The translations under genes were made by a program, and so were the position numbers. Shown in pieces: positions 1-9,506 of a stretch of DNA of 40,467 bases. The notes beneath the pieces are model-generated. The model was not told the DNA's origin, searched no databases, and saw nothing but the letters and a program-made list of their open reading frames with translations. Each line of letters opens with the position of its first letter. The stretch's first letter is position 1. The stretch comes from a virus: UHGV virus genome UHGV-0212168, one strand, 5' to 3'.

Positions 1-36
1 GTGGAAAATAATACCATAAATGAGGGAGGATATAAT

Positions 37-1125
37 ATGCAGACAGCGATTAATACAGATGTTTTTATACGGCAGGTATTAAACACATTGGTAACTCAGA
101 TGGAGATGTGGGACGAGCTCAGACGGCAGAAAGAGGTCGAGGCGGCCCTGTACATGAATTTGATGAACAAGACCATCCTGTCAGAGTCGGAGGAGAGGCA
201 GTTGCCGGCAGAGTATGTGGATGATACCCCTCGGGTGGTGGAGATGTTCCTGCAGTGCCTGAAATTGGAGAAGAGAACAGATGCCACTATCGTGAACTAC
301 CGTGGCGAACTTAAATGTCTTTTCCAATTCCTGCGGAAGAACTACGCGGACGTGACAAGCAATGACATCAGGGCCTATCTGGCCTGGAAGCAGACGGAGC
401 ACCACAACAAGGATAACACCCTTAACAATAAGATTCACGTCTTTCAGTCATTTTACAAATGGCTCATGAATGAGGATTTGCTGGAAGATGGTGGTTGCCT
501 CATGCGGAAACCCAAGAAGAATCCCATGGGTAAAGTCTATAAGATTAAAGAGGAGCAGCGCGTGAAGCGGGTGCTGTCGGACGAGCAGGTGGAAATCATC
601 CGGTGTGGCTGTCGGCATGTCAGGGATAGAGCCATTGTGGAGATATTGGTGGCTACAGGGATGCGTATATCAGAGCTGGTCGGATTAGATGTTGGCGACA
701 TAGACATCAGCCGGAAACGCTGCATTATCTACGGTAAGGGACGCAAGGAACGGCCGGCCTTCTTTACTCCCAGGGCGATTGTACACTTGGAAGCATACCT
801 GGAGTGGCGCCGGGCACTACCAGACACCAGCGCGGCGCTTTTCATAAATTTTAGGAAAACTGGAGGTGTGTATGGCAGGGTGTGCACCTGCACCATACGC
901 AAGATGCTCAAAGAGATAGTGGCCAGTGACCCGCGGCTTGAAGGGTTAAACCTGCACCCGCATAGGTTCCGGGCGTATCTGGCTACATACATGGCCCGGC
1001 ACGGGGCATCACTTAAGGACATAGCGGCGGTCCTGGGACACAGCAATGTCAATACAACCATGGAGTGTTATATCATTGAGGACCCAGAGGAGACACAGGC
1101 TGTACATGGCAAGTGCGCGGGGTAA
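37..1125 (+). CDS. Tyrosine site-specific recombinase (XerC/XerD-like phage integrase family), second recombinase int1
   Basis: The C-terminal catalytic region carries the R..H-x-x-R..Y signature (HPHRFRAYLATYMARHG, LGHSNVNTTMECY). The N-terminus has a SAM-like core-binding domain. A GAGGGAGGA RBS sits 6 nt before the ATG at 37. The frame is open to window position 1, so the true start could lie upstream. Confidence 0.8.
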   Translation: MQTAINTDVFIRQVLNTLVTQMEMWDELRRQKEVEAALYMNLMNKTILSESEERQLPAEYVDDTPRVVEMFLQCLKLEKRTDATIVNYRGELKCLFQFLRKNYADVTSNDIRAYLAWKQTEHHNKDNTLNNKIHVFQSFYKWLMNEDLLEDGGCLMRKPKKNPMGKVYKIKEEQRVKRVLSDEQVEIIRCGCRHVRDRAIVEILVATGMRISELVGLDVGDIDISRKRCIIYGKGRKERPAFFTPRAIVHLEAYLEWRRALPDTSAALFINFRKTGGVYGRVCTCTIRKMLKEIVASDPRLEGLNLHPHRFRAYLATYMARHGASLKDIAAVLGHSNVNTTMECYIIEDPEETQAVHGKCAG

Positions 1126-1138
1126 GGAGGTTTTAAGA

Positions 1139-1591
1139 ATGGCAGATAAGAGCATATTAAAACAATATGCAAGTATGATAAAAGAGGCAGAAGATGAAGA
1201 GCGTAGAATACGGAATTTAGAAGCAGAAATTAGGTCTATGCGGCCGCTTGATAGAGAAGTTACAGATGTTGTGACAAAAGGAAAACGAGGAAAGAAACCA
1301 CTCGGAACCTGTGTGATTCGTGGAGAGAACGACCATTCTGCCATCAATCGGAAACGTGCCAGGCTTAGGGAGAGGAAAGCAAAAAAGGAGCTTCATGTAT
1401 CCAGGATTGAAATGATGGTTGCCGATGCGGAAGAATATATTTACAGCATTGATGATAGCGAATTAAGACGTATTACAGAATTTTACTGTATTGACAGAAA
1501 AAACTGGGATGAAGTAGCCGAAGCAATGGGAGAGGGGTATACTGCTGAGGCTTGTAAACAAAAATTTTCCAGATTTATGCGCGTCAAGTAA
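1139..1591 (+). CDS. Putative late transcriptional regulator with a sigma-70 region-4-like HTH (ArpU/DUF1492-like)
   Basis: The N-terminus is coiled-coil. The C-terminus (ITEFYCIDRKNWDEVAEAMGEGYTAEACKQKFSRFM) resembles a sigma-70 region 4 HTH, as in phage late activators encoded just upstream of the packaging genes. A TAAGGAGG RBS precedes the ATG. Confidence 0.5.
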   Translation: MADKSILKQYASMIKEAEDEERRIRNLEAEIRSMRPLDREVTDVVTKGKRGKKPLGTCVIRGENDHSAINRKRARLRERKAKKELHVSRIEMMVADAEEYIYSIDDSELRRITEFYCIDRKNWDEVAEAMGEGYTAEACKQKFSRFMRVK

Positions 1592-1653
1592 AATTGTCAC
1601 GTTTGTCACGCTGATATGTGATATAATTTAAAATGAGAAAAGTGTAAGCATTT

Positions 1654-1680
1654 AGGCATCCAGCAATGGGTGCCTTTTAT
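1654..1680 (+). terminator. Rho-independent terminator (stem aggcatcc/gggtgcct followed by TTTTAT)
   Basis: A 7-8 bp stem with one G.U wobble, a 6-nt loop and a U-run lie 63 nt after the stop of the 1139..1591 gene. An extended -10 (TGaTATAAT, 1619-1627) sits just upstream. Confidence 0.4.
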
Positions 1681-1799
1681 ATACCCAATTCCCGGCGCCT
1701 GAAACTTAGGGCGTCCGGGGCCTCCTAAAAAGGTTCTGGTAAACATGAAGAGACTTTCCCCCTGTTTGATTTTATGGTAAGATAGAAAGAAAAGTGAGG

Positions 1800-2327
1800 A
1801 TGGTGATAACCATGGAAGAGGGGACGGTATTCACATGTAATAAAAATGAACATAAAAAATTGTATTCAAACGATTCAGAGAATATTTTTTATGAGGGATA
1901 TTGTTTTCTAAAAACGGCAGAAAAAATACGCCATATGCAGTTTGAATACCAAGGGGAGATGGGGAACCTCATAGCACCGTATATAGTAAATCTTTCTTTT
2001 GCGGCCGAATTGTTTTTAAAAAGTCTGTTGGTATCCACAAGGGTACAGTTTAAGCCCACACATGATTTATATAAATTGTATTCGTTGATTAATGATGATG
2101 AGATAAAAGATAACATAAAAAGTGCTTGCTACAGATTAAAAGATATCGACAAGTCCGATATTGAATTTGAGAAGTCATTGAATGATATTCGTGAGGTGTT
2201 TGAATACTGGCGCTATGTGTATGAAAGAATGCATATAGCAACGGCTGTATCATTTATTAAAGATTTTGCATATGCAGTAATGATAGAAGCTGAAAAGCAC
2301 AAGATTGAAAACGAACGGAAGGGATAG
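1800..2327 (+). CDS. HEPN-domain protein (PF05168-like), orphan with no adjacent nucleotidyltransferase
   Basis: LSFAAELFLKSLLVSTRVQFKPTHDLYKLY matches the HEPN helix-2/3 core (..A.E..LKALL....... THDL..L) and contains an R-x6-H motif. The protein is predicted all-alpha. The start codon is ambiguous between GTG 1794, ATG 1800 and ATG 1812. Confidence 0.55.
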   Translation: MVITMEEGTVFTCNKNEHKKLYSNDSENIFYEGYCFLKTAEKIRHMQFEYQGEMGNLIAPYIVNLSFAAELFLKSLLVSTRVQFKPTHDLYKLYSLINDDEIKDNIKSACYRLKDIDKSDIEFEKSLNDIREVFEYWRYVYERMHIATAVSFIKDFAYAVMIEAEKHKIENERKG

Positions 2328-2380
2328 CTCAGGCTGTCTCTTTTTCTATACTTAAAACAGCCAGATAGGAAGGTGAGGTG

Positions 2381-2854
2381 ATGGCAAACAATGAAAACCT
2401 AATACGTTTAAGCCCGAGCGAAGCCCGAGAGAATGGCAGAAAAGGCGGTAAGGCATCCGGTGAGGCCCGGAGGCGAAAGGCCGCCATGAGAGATACAATG
2501 AATCGGCTTTTGACTATGAAAGTTGAGGTTGAAGGCCTGTCTGATATATTACGTGCTGATGGGGGCGAAAGCACCTACGAGGAGATAATTACTATGGCTA
2601 TGATAGAAAAGGCCATGCGCGGGGATGTGAAGGCTTTCATGGCCATCAAGGACGTGTTGGGACAGACTTCCAAATCTGAGACAGACCTGGAGGAACAGAA
2701 GATACGGATGGAGCAGCTAAAGGCTGACACAGAGCGGATGCGCAGGGAGACATCCCCGGATGAAGATGACGGTGTGGAGGTAGTGAACGATGCGCCAAAA
2801 GAAGCAGGTCAGGATATCGGAGATAGTGATACCGAAATACCTACCGATTTTTAA
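2381..2854 (+). CDS. terS: Terminase small subunit
   Basis: The N-terminus (NLIRLSPSEARENGRKGGKASGEARRRKA) is typical of Firmicutes phage TerS. It lies immediately upstream of terL and overlaps it. An AGGAAGG RBS precedes the start. Confidence 0.8.
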   Translation: MANNENLIRLSPSEARENGRKGGKASGEARRRKAAMRDTMNRLLTMKVEVEGLSDILRADGGESTYEEIITMAMIEKAMRGDVKAFMAIKDVLGQTSKSETDLEEQKIRMEQLKADTERMRRETSPDEDDGVEVVNDAPKEAGQDIGDSDTEIPTDF

Positions 2855-4175
2855 CGATACAAGGCATAAGCACATCATACTCACATCCGGGCGCGCCGGC
2901 ACGAAGTCCAGCTATGCAGCTGTCCGGGCTGACTATCAGCTAATCAGTGATAAGAACGGCTCCGTGGTTGTCCTGCGTAAGCATCACAACAAACTGCGTA
3001 AGACGGTGTATAAAGAGATGCTGAGGGGTATCAATCGCCTGGGTGTCAAAAAGAGCGCATTCAAGATTGGGAAGTCCCCTATGGAGATAACCTATAAAAA
3101 GTATGGTACCACGATGTACTTCGCCGGCTCCGATGGCATTGACGATACAAAGGGTATCATAGACGAGGATAAGCCCATCAAGCTGGTCATCTTGGACGAG
3201 TTGACCGAGTTTTTTGATGACGGAGAAGGTGAGGACGAGTTGGCAAACATTGAGGCGACCTTTATCCGCGGGAATCAAGGTGGTTTCCAGATGATATACT
3301 TGTATAACCCTCCGAAGAATCCGAATGCACCCATCAATAAGTGGTGCCGCAAGATGGAGCAGCGTGATGACTGCATTCATATACACACAGATTACAGGGA
3401 TGTACCGCCGGATTGGCTGGGACAGGACCTGATTGATTCCGCTGAGGTCATGCGCCAGGCCGACGAAAAACAGTATCGCTGGGTCTGGCTGGGACAGAGC
3501 ATAGGTGTGGATGAGGTTATCTATTACATGTTCTCCGACCGACATAAGGTCAAACCAGAAAAAGGTCATTACAGGGTTATTGGTATTGGTGGCGACTACG
3601 GGCAGCAGAATGCCACCACCTTCCAGGCATTTGGCCTGGATGAATATGAGCACAGGCTTACAGGTCTGGATGAGTATTTCCATTCCGGCCGGGAATCGGG
3701 AAAACAAAAAAGCCCTTCCGTATACGCAAAGGATTTCATTACGTTCACGGACCAACTGCATGAGACGTATGCCTGCAGTTATTTTTATTTATACCTGGAC
3801 CCATCAGCAACGGGACTGGCCGAGGAAATCAAAAGGGAGGCCCGTGACTGCGATTACACTATATTGACGCGGAAGGCGGAAAACGATGTAAAACCTGGTA
3901 TTTCCCGCGTACAGCTGCTCCTGGCGTTTGACATGCTGACCGTATCGCCACGGCAGCAGAATGCAATTGATGAATTCGGGACCTATGAGTATGACAAGAA
4001 GTCAATCGAACGCGGGAAGGAAGAACCTGTTAAAGTGGACGACCATTGTATGGACGCTATACGTTATCTGGTCATGGGAATGTGGAGTAAATTAAAACCC
4101 TATTTACCAGCAAAAGAGTACGAGGAAACAGTCAGGAACCCATTGGACGAGGAGGATGAGGATGAATATATTTGA
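2790..4175 (+). CDS. terL: Terminase large subunit (PBSX/XtmB-type)
   Basis: A Walker A motif (ILTSGRAGTKS) follows the conserved VRISEIV.P N-terminus. The C-terminal half is nuclease-like. The gene is 461 aa and overlaps terS by 65 nt. Confidence 0.9.
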   Translation: MRQKKQVRISEIVIPKYLPIFNDTRHKHIILTSGRAGTKSSYAAVRADYQLISDKNGSVVVLRKHHNKLRKTVYKEMLRGINRLGVKKSAFKIGKSPMEITYKKYGTTMYFAGSDGIDDTKGIIDEDKPIKLVILDELTEFFDDGEGEDELANIEATFIRGNQGGFQMIYLYNPPKNPNAPINKWCRKMEQRDDCIHIHTDYRDVPPDWLGQDLIDSAEVMRQADEKQYRWVWLGQSIGVDEVIYYMFSDRHKVKPEKGHYRVIGIGGDYGQQNATTFQAFGLDEYEHRLTGLDEYFHSGRESGKQKSPSVYAKDFITFTDQLHETYACSYFYLYLDPSATGLAEEIKREARDCDYTILTRKAENDVKPGISRVQLLLAFDMLTVSPRQQNAIDEFGTYEYDKKSIERGKEEPVKVDDHCMDAIRYLVMGMWSKLKPYLPAKEYEETVRNPLDEEDEDEYI

Positions 4176-5577
4176 GTATTTCAAGAAAAAAGATATTGAT
4201 ACGGTTGACGCCTCATTCTATCGCAAGATTGCGGAATGGGACAGCTGGTACCGGAGTAATGTTAGAAAGTTTCATTTCTACCGCGTATATGGCGGGCAGG
4301 GGACCTGGACGAGGTGCCGGCGGCATAGCCTGGGGATGGCAAAGAAGGTATGTGAGGACATGGCTGACCTGCTGCTGAATGAGCGTGTCAAGATTACCAT
4401 AGGGGATGCTACGACAGAGGATTTTGTGCAGGATGTCCTGAGACAGAATAATTTCATGACCAAGGGGAATGAATACCAGGAACGCAAGGCGGCCAAAGGG
4501 ACGGTTGCGTATGTGCCCTATCTGGCTGATGCGGAGGTGGATGACCAGGGGAACATCCTGAATGGTATAGTGAAAATTAACTATCTGGAGGCACCGAACA
4601 TCTTTCCGCTATCCTGGGAGAATGGGAAAGTGACAGAGTGTGCTTTTGTATTCACAAAGACCTGCCGGAGAAAGAAATACGCACAGATTCAATTCCATCG
4701 TTTGGAAGATGGCTTTTATGTGATTGAAAATACTGTGGTGGAGTGCACGACCGGAGCAGGAAAGGAGCTTACAAAAGATGAATGGTCACAGCTCCCGGTG
4801 TTTTCTGGCCTCGCTGAACGGATAGAGACGGGTTCTGATAAACCACAGTTCGTGGTTGACCGTCTGAACATCGTCAATAATGCAGACGATGATGACAGTA
4901 ACCCTATGGGGGTTGCGTTGTTTGCCAATGCGGTTGACACCCTGCGAAAGATTGACCTGACCTATGATTCCTATGCAAACGAGTTTGACCTGGGACGGAA
5001 ACGTATATTTGTAGCTCCGGAATTATTGGACGATAAGTATGGGAATCCTACGTTTGATACCAGCGATACGGTATTTTACCGGCTGCCGGAGGATTACCTT
5101 AAGGACACCAACGAGGCTATTAAAGAAGTCAACATGGAACTGCGTGTGGATGCCCATAGCAAGGCCATAGACGACGACCTTAATTACCTGTCCGTTAAAT
5201 GCGGTTTCGGTACTCAACGATACCGCTTTGTAAATGGGAATGTGCAGACCGCGACGCAGGTCATATCTGAGAACAGTGACATGTACCGGTCCGTCCAGAA
5301 GCATGAGCTTATACTGGATGAGGTATTAAAAGAGCTTATCCGCATTATTATCCGCCTGGGGATTGCATCAAGGGTGACAGGGCTTAATGAGGATACGGAT
5401 ATCACGATTGACTTTGATGATTCCATCATTGAGGATAAACAGACAGAGCGCAATGAGGACAGGAAAGACGTTTCCATGGGGGCAATGTCCCTTCCAGAAT
5501 ACCGTGCCAAGTGGTACGGAGAGACGGAGGAGAAGGCTGCCGCCAGGATACCGGAGCAGACAGGGGTGATACCATAA
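4162..5577 (+). CDS. Portal protein (SPP1 gp6-like)
   Basis: It is about 470 aa and directly follows terL. The C-terminus is acidic. Its position and size are typical of portal proteins. The start is ATG 4156 or 4162. Confidence 0.85.
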   Translation: MNIFEYFKKKDIDTVDASFYRKIAEWDSWYRSNVRKFHFYRVYGGQGTWTRCRRHSLGMAKKVCEDMADLLLNERVKITIGDATTEDFVQDVLRQNNFMTKGNEYQERKAAKGTVAYVPYLADAEVDDQGNILNGIVKINYLEAPNIFPLSWENGKVTECAFVFTKTCRRKKYAQIQFHRLEDGFYVIENTVVECTTGAGKELTKDEWSQLPVFSGLAERIETGSDKPQFVVDRLNIVNNADDDDSNPMGVALFANAVDTLRKIDLTYDSYANEFDLGRKRIFVAPELLDDKYGNPTFDTSDTVFYRLPEDYLKDTNEAIKEVNMELRVDAHSKAIDDDLNYLSVKCGFGTQRYRFVNGNVQTATQVISENSDMYRSVQKHELILDEVLKELIRIIIRLGIASRVTGLNEDTDITIDFDDSIIEDKQTERNEDRKDVSMGAMSLPEYRAKWYGETEEKAAARIPEQTGVIP

Positions 5578-5578
5578 A

Positions 5579-6760
5579 ATGAACCGGTCTTATGAGAGCC
5601 ACATGACGGTAGGCGTGGAACGGAAGTTCCGTAACCTGGAGAACCGTATCATGGAGGACGTGGTGCGGCGGATTAAGAAAACAGGACAGATAACCTCTTC
5701 CGCGGATTACCAGTTGAACCGGTATTATATCCTTGGAAACAGCACCAAAGACATAGAGGACATTGTTAAGAGCGCTGTGGGTGATGACTACCCAGAGACA
5801 TTTAAACTCTACGACGAAGTGGTTGAGAAGCAATACACCCGGTCAAGAGAGCTTTATGAGCAGGTCAATGAGGAATTTATCCCATATGAACAGAATGAGC
5901 AGCTACAGCAGCTTGTGAATGGCCTCATACAGCAGTCCAATGATGAACTGTATAACATCACCCGGTCCATGGGATTCATGGTGGATATGGGCGGAGGCAG
6001 GAAGGTATTTTCTCCATTATCGGATTACTATAATCAGTATCTGGATAATGCCATTGTGGAAATTACTTCCGGCGCCTTTGATTACAATACGGTTATCCGC
6101 CGCGTGGTAGGCCAGATGACTAACTCAGGACTGCGCACTGTGGATTATGCCAGCGGATATTCCAGCCGGTGTGACGTGGCAGCACGCAGGGCCGTCATGA
6201 CAGGGTTATCACAGCTGACCGGCCATATATCCCAAGCGAATGCGCAGAAGCTTCACACGGAGTATTTTGAGATTGACTGGCACGCTGGTGCAAGGCCGTC
6301 CCATCGGATATGGCAGGGAAAGGTCTGGAGCTATCGGGAATTGGTGACAGTGTGTGGTCTTGGGACTGTAACTGGCCTGCAGGGTGCGAACTGTTACCAT
6401 GAGTATTATCCGTTCATTCCAGGTATATCTGAACGTCAGTTTAGCGATAAGTGGCTTGCAGAACAGAACCGCAAGGAGGATAGACAAAAAGTGTTCAAAG
6501 GGAAAGAATATACTCTTTATGAAGCCACGCAGCGTCAGCGGTATCTGGAAACCAACATGAGGGCACAGCGCCAGAAAGTAAAGCTATTACAGCAGGCCGG
6601 CGCATCTCAGGATGATATCATGCTGGCGCGTTGCAAGTACCAGGCCCAACTGGATGAATACAAGGCGTTTTGTGAACGGATGGGATTACAGGAACAACGG
6701 GAAAGAATCTATTATGATTTGCAAGGAAGGGTTGCGCCAGGAAGGAGGACTGCCGGGTGA
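5579..6760 (+). CDS. Head morphogenesis / minor capsid protein (SPP1 gp7, MuF-like)
   Basis: It is 393 aa and follows the portal gene, the conserved position for gp7/MuF-family proteins. The C-terminus has QxxQ-rich coiled regions. Confidence 0.7.
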   Translation: MNRSYESHMTVGVERKFRNLENRIMEDVVRRIKKTGQITSSADYQLNRYYILGNSTKDIEDIVKSAVGDDYPETFKLYDEVVEKQYTRSRELYEQVNEEFIPYEQNEQLQQLVNGLIQQSNDELYNITRSMGFMVDMGGGRKVFSPLSDYYNQYLDNAIVEITSGAFDYNTVIRRVVGQMTNSGLRTVDYASGYSSRCDVAARRAVMTGLSQLTGHISQANAQKLHTEYFEIDWHAGARPSHRIWQGKVWSYRELVTVCGLGTVTGLQGANCYHEYYPFIPGISERQFSDKWLAEQNRKEDRQKVFKGKEYTLYEATQRQRYLETNMRAQRQKVKLLQQAGASQDDIMLARCKYQAQLDEYKAFCERMGLQEQRERIYYDLQGRVAPGRRTAG

Positions 6761-7041
6761 TTGAAGTAAAGGTAAGGCGAGATGGCCTGTCATTATCAGG
6801 ACATGCCGGATATGGCCGGAGAGGCCAGTCAATCGTGTGTGCCGCCGTATCGGCCATCACGTTGACTATGATTGAGGGCCTGCGGGAGATAGCGGGTATC
6901 CGGCTGACTGAGACCGTGGAAAGCGGCAATGTATCAGTTAAATGGCAAAAGCTGAATGATACAGGCAAGGCATTGATTGATACATGGTTCTTGGGATTGT
7001 GCCATATCAATGCGCAATATAATTGTATACGATTTATATAG
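6757..7041 (+). CDS. Prp-like ribosomal-processing cysteine protease homolog (DUF464)
   Basis: MIEVKVRRDG..LSGHAGYGRRGQSIVCAAVSAITLTMIEGL aligns with bacterial Prp/YsxB (SGHA.fg..G.DIVCAgVSA), including the His and Cys catalytic dyad. The start is GTG, overlapping the upstream stop codon. Confidence 0.7.
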   Translation: MIEVKVRRDGLSLSGHAGYGRRGQSIVCAAVSAITLTMIEGLREIAGIRLTETVESGNVSVKWQKLNDTGKALIDTWFLGLCHINAQYNCIRFI

Positions 7042-7129
7042 CATCTCATAAGGGGTGCTTTTATTATGTCCAACACGTGATGACAAAAAAGCATCGGAAC
7101 AGTTCACGCACTAAAAACGGAGGTTAAAC

Positions 7130-7702
7130 ATGAGAAAGAGATTATTTAATTTACAGCTTTTCGAGGACGGCGGCGGAAGCGGCTCTGAGGGAAACCAGGG
7201 GAATAATGCCGGTGATGAGGGAAACAAGGGAACCTATAGTTTTGAGCAGGCGGAGGAGATAGCCAATGCAAGGGCGCATCGTGCGGAGCAGGCAGCCCTT
7301 AAATCTTATTTCCAGCAGCAGGGTATGACCGAGGATGAGGTCAAGGCGGCCCTTGCTGATTATAAGACAAACAAGGAGAAGCAGAAACCAAATCTGTCCG
7401 CTATTGAGCAGGAAAGGGACAATGCATTAAAGGAACTGGAACAGGTGAAGAATTCCAACCTGCTGCGGGATAAGGGAGTAAAGCCGGATGACCTGGACTA
7501 TGTGCTGTTCAAGGTTGGTAAGCTGGTGGATGATAAAACAGATTTCACAAAGGCGGCTGAGAAATTTCTGAAAGATAACCCACGATTCACAGGTCAGGGC
7601 AGTTACCGCGTAACGACTTCCGCACAGGCGGGTGGAGCGGGGAGCGCCCAGAACACGAACGATTCTATCAACAACGCCATCCGTATGGCAGCAAGAAGAT
7701 AA
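7130..7702 (+). CDS. Scaffolding protein
   Basis: It lies between the head morphogenesis and capsid genes. It is alpha-helical and charged. The N-terminus carries MRKRLFNLQLFEDGGG, a Prp-type cleavage motif. A GGAGG RBS precedes the start. Confidence 0.7.
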   Translation: MRKRLFNLQLFEDGGGSGSEGNQGNNAGDEGNKGTYSFEQAEEIANARAHRAEQAALKSYFQQQGMTEDEVKAALADYKTNKEKQKPNLSAIEQERDNALKELEQVKNSNLLRDKGVKPDDLDYVLFKVGKLVDDKTDFTKAAEKFLKDNPRFTGQGSYRVTTSAQAGGAGSAQNTNDSINNAIRMAARR

Positions 7703-7711
7703 GGAGGAATT

Positions 7712-8701
7712 ATGAGACATAGAAAATTTGATATACAGCTTTTTGAAGGCGACGCGCAGATTATTGACAGGACTGGCGCGGCATCACTCATACCTGAGGA
7801 GAATGCGCGGGAGATTATCCAGGGCGTGGTGACACAGTCCGCAGTCCTGCAGAGAGGAAGGAAACTGCCGAACATGTCCAGCAAGACGTATAAGATGCCG
7901 GTGCTTGACATGCTCCCGATTGCCTACTTTGTCAACGGGGATACCGGGGCGAAAAAGACCACGAAGCAGGCCTGGGATAAGAAGTTTATCACAGCGGAGG
8001 AGATTGCGGTTATTGTACCAATCCCTGAGGCCGTCCTGGATGATTCTGACTATGACATCTGGGGAGAGGTCAAGCCGAGGGTAATTGAGGCCTTCGGCAA
8101 GGTGATTGACGGTGCGGTTCTGTTTGACTTGGATAAGCCATCCACATGGAGGGACGGTGTTGTGACGACTGCCACTAAGGCCGGTTCCGTCGTGACGCTT
8201 GCAACCGGGGATGACCTGTATGATAAAATTATGGCGGAGGAAGGCATTATTGCCAAGATTGAGGAATCCGGGTATTTCGTCAACGGACACATGGCTGATA
8301 TCTCCATGCGCGCTAAACTGAGAGGCCTGAAGGATACGACGGGGAACCCGATATTTAAGAGCGACATGCAGAACGGAACCACTTATTCACTGGATGGCAG
8401 CCCGATGAACTTCCCCAACAACGGCGCCTTTGACAAATCAAAGGCGTTGATGATATCTGGTGATTTCAGCCAGTTGGTATATGCAATCCGTCAGGACATC
8501 ACCTTTAAGCTGTTCACGGAGGGCGTTGTTCAGAATACAGACGGCTCCATTGCGTACAACCTGATGCAGAATGACATGGTGGCGTTAAGGGCAGTCATGA
8601 GACTTGGATGGGAAATCCCTAATCCGATTAACTCCATGAAAACGGATAAGACCAAAAGATGCCCATTTGCTATCTTGAAGGCTGGAACACCAACAGAATA
8701 A
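7712..8701 (+). CDS. Major capsid protein
   Basis: It is 329 aa and directly follows the scaffold gene. The N-terminus has a DIQLFE motif like the scaffold. An AAGGAGG RBS precedes the start. Confidence 0.8.
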   Translation: MRHRKFDIQLFEGDAQIIDRTGAASLIPEENAREIIQGVVTQSAVLQRGRKLPNMSSKTYKMPVLDMLPIAYFVNGDTGAKKTTKQAWDKKFITAEEIAVIVPIPEAVLDDSDYDIWGEVKPRVIEAFGKVIDGAVLFDLDKPSTWRDGVVTTATKAGSVVTLATGDDLYDKIMAEEGIIAKIEESGYFVNGHMADISMRAKLRGLKDTTGNPIFKSDMQNGTTYSLDGSPMNFPNNGAFDKSKALMISGDFSQLVYAIRQDITFKLFTEGVVQNTDGSIAYNLMQNDMVALRAVMRLGWEIPNPINSMKTDKTKRCPFAILKAGTPTE

Positions 8702-8716
8702 GGAGGGTGGTCACGG

Positions 8717-9142
8717 ATGTATGTGGATTACAAATATTATCAGATTGAGCATGGTGGGAAAATGCCGGAAGATGCCTTCCCGGCATCTGAGCGCAGGGCA
8801 GAAGCGTACATCCGATACCTTACCCATCTGAATGGTGACATATTTGCCATACCAAATGACATGGTAAAGGATGCAGTATGCGCAGCAGCAGACGTGTATT
8901 ATATGACAGAACAGGAGCAGGAACAGAGAAAGGCGGAAGGAAAGGCAGGACCAGTCCGGTCTGAAAACAATGACGGCTATTCCGTATCATATGTGGTGGA
9001 GCAAGAGGATGGGCAGACAGCGGAAAATGCTGTCAGGCGGAAAGCTTACGATGCTGTGTATATGTATCTGCTTCCTACTGGCTGGCTTAAGAGGAAAGTG
9101 GGGTGCGGACATGCTCACGAATGCAGACATAACAGTCTATAA
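8717..9142 (+). CDS. Putative head-tail adaptor/connector protein
   Basis: It is the first of four roughly 130-140 aa genes between the capsid and major tail genes. An AAGGAGGG RBS precedes the start. The call rests on position only. Confidence 0.4.
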   Translation: MYVDYKYYQIEHGGKMPEDAFPASERRAEAYIRYLTHLNGDIFAIPNDMVKDAVCAAADVYYMTEQEQEQRKAEGKAGPVRSENNDGYSVSYVVEQEDGQTAENAVRRKAYDAVYMYLLPTGWLKRKVGCGHAHECRHNSL

Positions 9143-9506
9143 TTCTTTCCTTGACCCTGGAAGCCGGATGCGGGTCTGGCACCGTACCATGATAAAGGGG
9201 GTGTGGTTCTATGCGGATAACAAGGTCAGCTTGACAGATGGCGGACTTGTTTCTGCTGATGCCTATAAGGTGAGGATACCGGTTCGTGCTGATTTTGGTG
9301 GCAGTCAATATGTTCCACCGGATGAATATGCAGGGGCCGATGGAACATGGACACTGAAAAACGATGATTACATTGTCAGGGGAATTGGGCCAGATATTGA
9401 AAAGCCGGCAGACCTGCAGAAAGAGAGCCGGACTGCATTTAAGGTTACATCATGGTCAGATAACCGTCAGGGTGGTCTGAAACATTGGCGTGTGGGAGGT
9501 GTGTGA
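9111..9506 (+). CDS. Putative head closure (stopper) protein
   Basis: It is the second connector-position gene and overlaps the upstream gene. The start is ATG 9111, in frame with the reported ORF. Confidence 0.35.
   Translation: MLTNADITVYNSFLDPGSRMRVWHRTMIKGVWFYADNKVSLTDGGLVSADAYKVRIPVRADFGGSQYVPPDEYAGADGTWTLKNDDYIVRGIGPDIEKPADLQKESRTAFKVTSWSDNRQGGLKHWRVGGV

Noticed and set aside
1634-1680. Short promoter-to-terminator unit upstream of HEPN as a type III antitoxin-like sRNA
   Set aside because: The unit is only about 47 nt and lacks the tandem pseudoknot repeats of ToxI-type antitoxins. The terminator is more simply the end of the int1/regulator operon.
2940-3761. 273-aa minus-strand ORF inside terL
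   Set aside because: It is entirely antisense to the well-supported terminase large subunit. It has no RBS and an implausible composition.
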